Below, piece by piece: positions 52,721-64,000 of a DNA stretch of 64,000 bases. The stretch lies in NCBI RefSeq assembly GCF_009914755.1, contig NC_060947.1; one strand, written 5' to 3'. Below the pieces are notes generated by a model that was not told where the DNA came from, searched no databases, and was given only the letters and a program-made list of their open reading frames with translations. Position numbers and translations under genes: made by a program. How positions within the stretch are numbered: the stretch's first letter is position 1; every line of letters begins with the position of its first letter. The stretch comes from the human T2T-CHM13v2.0 reference genome, Homo sapiens.

Positions 52721-53355
52721 TGTTTGCAGTATTTCTAATATTCTGAATAAATAAATCAGACCTAACATAGCTGGGGGTAATGTTGAGATCCGACCAGACT
52801 CAATATTATTCCCCATACTTTTCTGTTTGAAATATTTCTTTTTAAAGGACATGTTGTTCTTCCTAAGCACTGTTAATGAATCAAAGGACAGTTAAGAAAA
52901 TGTTAAAAGTGACAAAAAAAGAAAGAAACTGTTAAAACTGTGGATCCGCCAAAAACTTCAAGAGGTTGTTTCATTAACAGCAAGTAGGTATTGGATAGGT
53001 ATCTTAGGAGTGAGGGTGATGAACACATTATGTAATAAAGATCGCTGTTTTTCTGTATCTTATCAAAACCAAATACTCTTCTCATTCCCAAACAACCCCA
53101 ATTCTCCGTGATGAGCTTGGAAGAGAGTTTGAAAGAGTGATCCCTCATCCAACACAGAGAGAGCTTTCCCACTTGTCAGTGAGCAGAGATAACATGGGGT
53201 GAAAAAAAGAAAGGTTCTTGGCTAGACATCTTTGTACATTTCAGGAATATAAAGGGGACATATGTGTTTACTGGCTCTTCTGCTCTGACAACACAAATAT
53301 ACGACAAGGTCAGAATGTCCAAACCGTCTCCAATAGACCGATAACTCCCCAACTA

Positions 53356-55550
<2,195 letters not shown>

Positions 55551-56897
55551 AAGAGATCTGAAAATCCAGTGCTTGAATATCTGCCAAGTTTTTGACAATA
55601 AAGGAGTGTCTTTATACTGAAAATATTTCAGAGCCACTGGACTAAATCATCCATGGTTCATCACACATTTAACAGCTTAATTCACATACCACAGTATTCA
55701 CCCATTTTAAGTGTACAATGATTTTTAGTTGTTGTACATTTGAGTGAATATAGTTCAGATTCCCAACCAATCAATTTAATTATTTGGGTAAAAGTAAAAC
55801 ATATGTAATGGAATAAGATGAGACTGTGATGGGGTTTAGTCCAATGTGATGAACCATGAGATGGAAAATTCTGAATTGATGCCACCGATAAATGAACCAA
55901 CCATGACTAAACATAATTCAGAAGCGAATCTCCAATAACTCCTCAACAATGAGTGGACTCATAACCCTCTGCTGCAGAATGCCCTCATGCAATAGAAGTC
56001 TCTCTAGAGTTTGGAAATCTTTACCAACAAAGAAAAATTCTGATGTATTCTCTTTCAGTTGAACGTCCTCAGATGACTTTCAGCAGGCTCCAGACTTCGT
56101 GATCTGCACACCTCGGCCTCCCAAAGTGCTGGCTTTACAGGCATGAGTCACCGTGCCCGGGTGATTTCCCATGCTCTTTCTACTCCCTGTCCTGTATATC
56201 TAAGGGATCCTCCCTACCCAGGATGCTGTGGGCTCCCAAACCCCAGGTCAGCCCTGATATGCGGGCCACACCTTCCTCTAGCCTAGAAATTGACAACCCA
56301 GGCGAGGAAGTCACTTTGACATGAGCAGATGGTTCACTTCGAGGAACCATGGAAGGCGTGTGCAGGTCCTGAGGTAGGACAGAATCGGAGTGTGCCGGGT
56401 CTGCAGGTCAGGAGGAGTTGAGATTGAGTTATCAGGCAGTGGGAACTCATGCCACTTACTTTCCTTATCTCCTCTTGCCTCAGCCTCGGGGATATGACAC
56501 ATGCCCATGATGAGAAACAGAACATGGTCACCATTCACGAACGTGGGCATGTCTGCGGACCCCTCGTCATCAGGTGCATAGCAAGTGAAAGCAAGTGTTC
56601 ACAACAGTGAAAAGTTGAGCATCATTTTTCTTAGTGTGCCAAGAGTTTGATGTTAGCGTCTCCATTGTATTTTCTTACAGTGTGCTGTTCTGTTAGATAT
56701 TATCCTTTTCATTGATGAGCAAGGCATACTTAATGCATATTTCGGTTTGTGTATCCATGCACCTACCTTAGAAAACAGGTATTATCAGGTATTCTCTGCA
56801 TAGAACAGTACTACCCTCCTCTCTCCCCAGATGTGACTACTGAGGGCAGTTCTGAGTGTTTAATTTCAGACTTTTTCCTCTGCATTTACATACCACA

Positions 56898-56942
<45 letters not shown>

Positions 56943-57279
56943 AAGTACCACTATAAGCATCTCACATCTGCTTTTCTCCATTGCCATGTGTCCTGGTCAA
57001 GCCCAGCTCACTCTGTTTCCTGTTCAGCATGTACTCCCCTCATCAGATTCCCCTGTATCAGTCACTGACGTTTAAGAAACCTTTGCAACATTGCATCCAG
57101 TTTTTCACATTCGCTGGCTTACAGAGGCTGACAGCTTAGACCCACACCAATACAGGCCAAATGCCAATGAAAGTTTTAGCTTCTGGCTCCTTCCGCTGTC
57201 AGGTTTAGATTCCCAACCTCTTCACTTAAGGGAACATTCACCTATACCTCCTTTCATTCAGCATGTATTTAAGGGCACA

Positions 57280-58959
57280 CAGGCATACCTTGTTTTATTG
57301 CACCTCATTTTTATAGTGCCTCACAGATACCGCAATTTTGTTTTTGAAATTCTCACCAATTTTACACTTTTCCATTATTATTATATCTGGTATGGTGATC
57401 TGTCATCAGTGAGCTTTGATATTGTGATTGCAATTGTTTTGTTGTTCTTTAGTGTTTTAAATCTTGGTTTTTTATTTTTGTGGGTACATGGTAGGTGTAT
57501 ATTCTTATGGGGTACATGAGATGCTTTGATACAGGCATGCAATGCGTAATACTCACATCATGGAAAACAGGGTATCCATACCCTCAACCATCTATCCTTG
57601 TGTTACAAACAATCCACTTACACTCTTTATTTTTTTTAAATGTACAATTAAGTTATTATTGACTATAATCACCCAGTTGTGTGTCATGGTTTTGGGGGTA
57701 ACAGGAACTGCGCCCATAGGAGATGACGAACTTAATCGACCAATGTTGTGTGTGTTCTGACTGCTCCATCGATGAGCGCTTCCCTGCCTCTCTTCCTTTT
57801 CTTGGGCCTTCCTAATTCCTGACACACAGCAACACTGAAATTAGGATGACTAAGAACCCTACAATGGCCGCTAAGTGTTCAAATGAAACGAACAGTCACA
57901 TGTCTCTCACATTAAATCGGAAGCTAGAAATGGCTAAGCTTAGTGAGGAAGCATGCTGAAAGCCAAGGTAGGCTGAAAGCTAGGCCTCTTGCACCAAACA
58001 GCCAAGCTGTGAATGCAAAGGAATAGTTCTTGAAGGAAATAATAGTATATAATGCAAAGGGAAAGTTCTTGAAGGAAATAATAATACTAATACTCCAGTG
58101 AACACACTAATAAGAAAGCAAAATTGCCTTACTGCTGAAATAGAGAAAGTTTAGGTGGTCAGGATAGAAGATGAAACCAGCCACAACATTCCCTTAAGCC
58201 AAAGTCTAATTCAGAGCAACACCCAAACTCTCTTCAAGTCCATGAAAGCTGAGAGAGGTGAAGAAGCTGCAGAAGAAACGTGTGAAGCTAGCAGAGGTTG
58301 GTTCATAAGGTTTAAGGAAAGAAGCCGTCTCCATAAAATAAAAGTGCAAGGTGAAGCAGCAAACCCTGATGGAGAAGCTGCAGCAAGTTATCCAGAAGAT
58401 CTAGCTAAGATCACTGTTGAAGGTGGCTACAGTAAGCAACAGATTTTCAATATGGATAAACTCGCCTTCTAATGGAAGGAGATGCCATCTAAGACTTTCA
58501 TAGCTAGAGAGGATTGACTCCAACTTTGAAAGAAGTTCTACTGTGGGTAAAATGCTGTCCAATAGCACCACATACTACAGAGATATGCTTCACGAAAGGG
58601 AGAGCTAATCGATGTGGCAAATTTCACTGTGTTCTTTTAAGAACTGCCACGGCCACTCCAGCCTTCAGCAACCATCACCTTGATCCACCAGCAGCCATCA
58701 ACACCGGGACAAGACCCTCCACCAGGAAAAAGAGTGTGACTCACTGAAGGCTCAGAAGATTGTTAGCATTTTTAACAATGAATTATTTTAAAATTAAGTT
58801 ATGTACATTTTTAGACATAATGCTATTGCACACTTAGTAGACTACAGGATGGTGTAAACGTGTTTTTACGCACTACGAATTCAAAAAAGAAAAATGTGTG
58901 TGACTCTCTTTATTGCAGTGGTCTGGAACCGAACCTGCAATATCTCTGAAGTACACCCG
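57280..58959 (+). mobile_element. Tigger1 DNA transposon, internally deleted, in SSX intron 6
   Basis: Termini caggcatacct... and ...gcaatatctctgaagtacacccg; transposase remnant 58155-58472 ([12 protein letters not shown]...[26 protein letters not shown]). Confidence 0.92.
57455..57682 (-). mobile_element. L1MA 3' end nested in Tigger1
   Basis: ttttgtgggtacatggtaggtgtatatt...ggggtacatgagatg...ttattgactata. Confidence 0.8.
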
Positions 58960-60120
58960 TATTGGGTATCAGGCATTGAGCTGAGTAAGAAATGATCCCA
59001 GGTAATCACCGATAGAATTGCTTGAGCACCTTCCATATCATCAGACCTTCTAGATTTAATTTAATACCTCCAAACGATTTATGAACTATGATTCTTTATT
59101 TCCATCTTATGGACTAGGAATCTGGAGCTGAGAAAATTTGGAAGACTTGCCCCAAATCATGTGGTTTTTTATATGGATGACAACTCCAGTCTGTGTTTCT
59201 GGAAGTCACGTTAGACATGGCTTCATCTGGAGCTGGGCAAGCTCCTCTGCCCAGCCTGGACCCAGGCTTGTCTGGGATCAATGCCACACACCCAGTCCAC
59301 ACACCTGAAAATAGCCAGAAAAGCCAGAGGGGTTGTTCCCGAATTCTTTCTTCTTACCAGATCTCTTGTGAATCTTCTCAGAAGTATTTGCTCTTCTTGG
59401 GGGGCGCAGCTGTTTCCCATCGTTTTGTGGGCCAGATGCTTCTGGCACTCCCTTCGAATCATTTCCTTCCTCTGCTGTCTTCTTGGGCATGATCATTATA
59501 ATGTGAAGGTCACAGATAAACAGTATCAGTGACATTTCTATAGTGTTTCAGAGCTTACAAAGTGTCTTCACATGCATTACCTTAATCAATGTTCTCAATA
59601 ACGCTGGGAGAGTTACACTTGCCTAAATTAGGAGAAACCTGGGAGGTCAGAAGGGAAAGGAACGGCCCAAATGAATGGGGTTTCCAGGGCTAGAATGCTT
59701 ATCTTCACACTCTTTTAAGACTGACATTCTTGCAAACAGCAAAAATCTCCATGTAGTTGAGAGTTTGTTATACAGGAGATTTGGAGAAAAATAGCATTCT
59801 AAGAATTCACAAGTTCTACAAGGGGAAGAGGTTCTATAAAATACAAGGGATCCCATATAAGCTTGTAGACAGCTGCTGGGAGAGTAAATGTAAAGACATA
59901 GAGAGGGGACAAAACACTGCTGGGAAAGATGGTGTGGGGAGATTAATACAGGGAAGGGAGAGGGAAAGAAATGGTTTGCTGAAATTAATCTAGGCAGCAA
60001 ACAAAGCAGTATCACATATGGCATACCACCCTACCGAGGCACCAACATTGAATGTGGAATTAAGTGAGGTGGTTCCCATAACAATTCTGGTTGCTTTGGG
60101 ATGTGTCACTGACAAAGCTA

Positions 60121-60410
60121 TTTTTTTTTTTTTTGACGCAGTCTTGCTCTGTCGCCAGGCTGGAGTGCACTGGCGCAATCTCAGCTCACTGAAACATGCA
60201 ACTCCCGCGTTCAAGCGATTCTCCTGCCTCAGCCTCCCTAGTGTCTGGGACTACAGGCAGGTGCTATCACGCCCCACTAAGTTTTGTATTTTTAGTAGAG
60301 ATGAGGTTTCACCATGTTGGACAGGTTGGTTTTGATCTCTTGACCTCGTGAACTGCCCGCCTCGGCCTCCGAAATTGCTGGGATTACAGTCGTGAGCCAC
60401 TGCACCCGGT
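60121..60410 (-). mobile_element. Alu (AluSc-like) in SSX intron 5
   Basis: Poly-T, gtcttgctctgtcgccaggctgg...gcacccgg; aagcta flanks on both sides. Confidence 0.92.
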
Positions 60411-62694
60411 CATTAAGCTACTTTTTATTCAGCTCCCTCACTTATGAAATAGTGAACAATACATGTAAAATAGGCTAAGGGAAAGTCCTCTCTGAGCTTG
60501 TAAACACGGTTTAAATGTAGTAATAATAACAATTAATACCTTTCTGAATCCTTCTTTGAATTCGGTCTCCATACTGGTAACCCAACTCCTAGATCCCTTT
60601 ACCCTCTAAACAAGAGTTGAATCTGCAGTTGTGGGGTCACTCATTCAGGGGCCTCCGAGGTATCCCCTGGGCTGGGACGGGGGATTCCCGGATGTCCCAG
60701 CTGCAGGCAAAGCCCTCAAGGAGCTCACAGTAGGGAGGGGCCAACAGTCAAAGCGATTCTTAAGCCATGCCAGTGGCCCCAGTAACAGAGCTGAGGCCAG
60801 CTGGTCCTTCCTGTTGTGAGAGTGGATGTCTCAATGGAAGCACCAGCAGGCCCTATGGGGTAAAGCCCTAGTGAGCAACATCTGAACTTCATAACAAATG
60901 CAAACGTGAATGAACTTTAAATGGCTTGGAGCTCTGGATTAGACTACCACTGCCACTGCGCCTCAGGAAAATTCTTTAACATCTCTGTACCCCGATAGCC
61001 TCATTTTATTATTATGTTGCTGATAGCTATGATCTAAAACATGAACTGTGATTCTTTACTTCCATTTCATGGACCAGGAATCTGGAGCTCAGAGAACTTA
61101 GAAGATTTGCACCAAGTCACATGACTTTTATATGGATGAAAACTCAACTGTGTGACTCGTTATTATTTGGAGATAATAACAGACACAACGTCACAGAGGT
61201 CTTCTTAGGGATTAAATAAATTCATCCATGTGAACTGCTTAAAATAGTATCTGGCATCACTATGAAGACAAAAGAAGTAATAAGGATCACAACTGTTAGT
61301 ATTATCAAACCGTTGGTGCTACACCAGGTTTTGTGATAGATATGGGGAGAAGGAGGCAATGAGGGCATTTTTGATATTCTCCCACTCTTACCAGTGTTCA
61401 CATCCATGAAGGGACAAAGGTTCTCTGGTCCATTAGATTTGAGAGATACTCACCTTCGGGAAGATTCTCTGGAGCCTGCTGAAAGTCATCTGAGGACATT
61501 CAACTGAAAGAGAATACATCAGAATTTTTCTTTGTTGGTAAAGATTTCCAAACTCTAGAGAGACTTCTGTCGCATCAGGGTATTCTGCAGCAGAGGGTTA
61601 TGAGTCCACTCATTATTGAGAAGTTATTGGAGATTCGCTTCTGAATTATGTTTAGTCATGGTTTCCATCTCATAGTTTATCAAATGGGGACTAAACCCCA
61701 TCACAGTCTCATCTTATTCCATTAAATATCTTTTACTTTTTCCCAAATAATTAAATTGATTGGTTAGGAATCTGAACTGTATCCACTCAAGATGGGCAAC
61801 AACTGAAAATCATTGGGTGATTTTCAAATGGGTGAATACTGTGGTATGGATGAATACTGTGGTAAATGGGTGAATACTGTGGTATGTGAATTAAGCTGTT
61901 AAATGTGTGATGAACCATGGATGATTTAGTCCAGTGGCTCTGAAATATTTTCGGTATGAAGACACTCCTTTAATGTCAAAAACTTGGCAGATACTCAAGC
62001 ACTGGATTTTCAGATCTCTTATAGTGATTGTGGGAGATGGTAGAATCTGGCCTGTTTAGTTGGGGAGTAATAGGTCTATTGGAGACAGTTTGGACAGTTT
62101 GACCTTGTCTTGTAATTGTGTTGTCAGAGCAGAAGAGCCAGTAAACACATATGTCCCCTTTTTATTCCTGAAATGTACAAAGATCTCTACCGAAGAACGT
62201 GTCTTTTTTTCACTCCATGTTATCTCTGCTCACTGACAAGTGGGAAAGCTCTCTCTGTGTTGGATGAGGGATCACTCTTTCAGACTCACTCCCGAGCTCA
62301 TCACAGAGAATCAGGGTTCTTTGGGAATGAGAAGACTATTTGGTTTTGATAAAATACAGAGAAACAGCGATGCTTATTACATAATGTGTTCATCACCCTC
62401 ACTCCTAAGATACTTATCCAATACCTACATGCTGTTAATGAAACAAACTCTGGAAGTTTTTGGCGGATCCATAGTTTTAACAGTTTCTTTCTTTTTTTGT
62501 CACTTTTCACATTTCTTAACTGTCTTTTGATTCATTAACAGTGCTTAGGAAGAGCAACATGTCCTTTAAAAAGAAATATTTCAAACACACAGAAAAGTAT
62601 GGGGAATAATATTGAGTCCAGTCAGATCTCAACATTACCCCACAGCTGTGTTAGGTCTCATTTTTTCATTCAGAATATTAGAAATACTGCAAAC

Positions 62695-62998
<304 letters not shown>

Positions 62999-63488
62999 AC
63001 ACACTATCGACAAGTCACAGCTGAAGCTGTGTGTGCAGCACTCAGCAATCCCTGCTCTCCCTCCCTCCTCCACTTACAGCCAGTCACCTTAATTTGATGG
63101 CTTTTTATTCACATTCATGTTTGCATATATTTACCATTTACTAATTATCCATAAAAATATATATTCTTGTTTTGCATGTTTTAAAATTTTATATGAATGG
63201 CCTCTGTAGTTAACTTTCTGCACGCAATTTTTTTTCACTCAGCCCTGATGTGTATGAGGGAACAAATGCCTGAGGATCTTTCCCAGGTAGCTGAGCTGAA
63301 AAGCAACTGGGCTTGAGGAGACCCTTTCCAGCCCCTTCCCATCTACTCACCCTGATTCCTGTGGTTACGGTCATTATCAAAATCATTCCCCTGGAAATCT
63401 GCGGCCCGTTTATTATGCATGAAAGGTGAGAGGGTAACCTTGAAACCTAGAAAGAAGCAAAATGTTTATTCCCTAAGAGAGAAGCTTA

Positions 63489-63640
63489 GGCCTGGCACTG
63501 TGGCTCACGTCTATAGTACCAGCGCTTTGGGAGACTGAGGTGGGAGGATTGTTTGAGGCCAGGAACTCGAGGCTGCAGTAAGCTATGATTGCACTACTGC
63601 ACTCTAGGCTAGGTGACATGGTGAGAGTCTGACTCAAAAG
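63489..63640 (+). mobile_element. Alu monomer in SSX intron 3
   Basis: ggcctggcactgtggctcacgtct...gactcaaaag. Confidence 0.8.
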
Positions 63641-64000
63641 AGAGAAAAGCCAAGAGAAGGAAGGTAGTGTCGGTGGGGGGTTGCCAGGATGCCACAGAGA
63701 CAGTTGGACTCATCAGAACAGAGGCCTAATGGAGAGAAACGTGCAGGATCCAGGTATGAGCTCCACTGTGGCCAGTCCCTGCCCTCAGCCCTGACAGGAT
63801 ACAGAAGAGCAGAACACCCAGAAGCTGCCTTGCGATTTTTCCCTGCACAAAAGGAAAATGTGGGGTACTTTCTGCAGCCTAAGAAGTAGCCAAAGCAGGG
63901 AAAGGGATGCTCATGTGTCCCCAGACTTGTCTGTACCTAGAATTTTCTGTTACCTAGTTTAGTCATGGCCTCATACTTTCTCTTCATATACACATAGATG

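Noticed and set aside
58155-58472. TIGD1-like transposase ORF
   Set aside because: Short remnant inside an internally deleted Tigger1, without the DDE domain.

Overview
Primate (human-like) genomic DNA from a cancer/testis gene cluster. XAGE-family and SSX-family sequences side by side point to the Xp11.22 region, but that placement is inferred from family knowledge, not from a search. No intact cellular protein-coding gene is present. The window holds: (1) three disabled XAGE copies, one + strand 3' fragment at 1-3.1 kb and a head-to-head pair at 13.2-16.6 kb (-) and 35.2-41.9 kb (+) that form the arms of an old inverted duplication; (2) a near-full-length class I (HERV1/ERV3-like, PBS-Pro) provirus on the - strand at 20840-31512, with a MER11 (HML-8) solo LTR nested in its integrase; (3) two SSX pseudogenes fused tail-to-tail near 57093, one carrying a 5'-inverted L1PA3-like insertion; (4) a ~3 kb low-copy unit of unexplained origin present in five full or partial copies; (5) many Alu, L1, MLT2, MER21 and Tigger1 elements and microsatellites. 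The best candidates for new biology are the fused inverted SSX pair (possible hairpin or antisense RNA source), the retained 425-codon SU-only env ORF, and the unidentified repeated unit. All three are hypotheses; expression cannot be seen from sequence. Family assignments are from recalled sequences and all counts are by eye.
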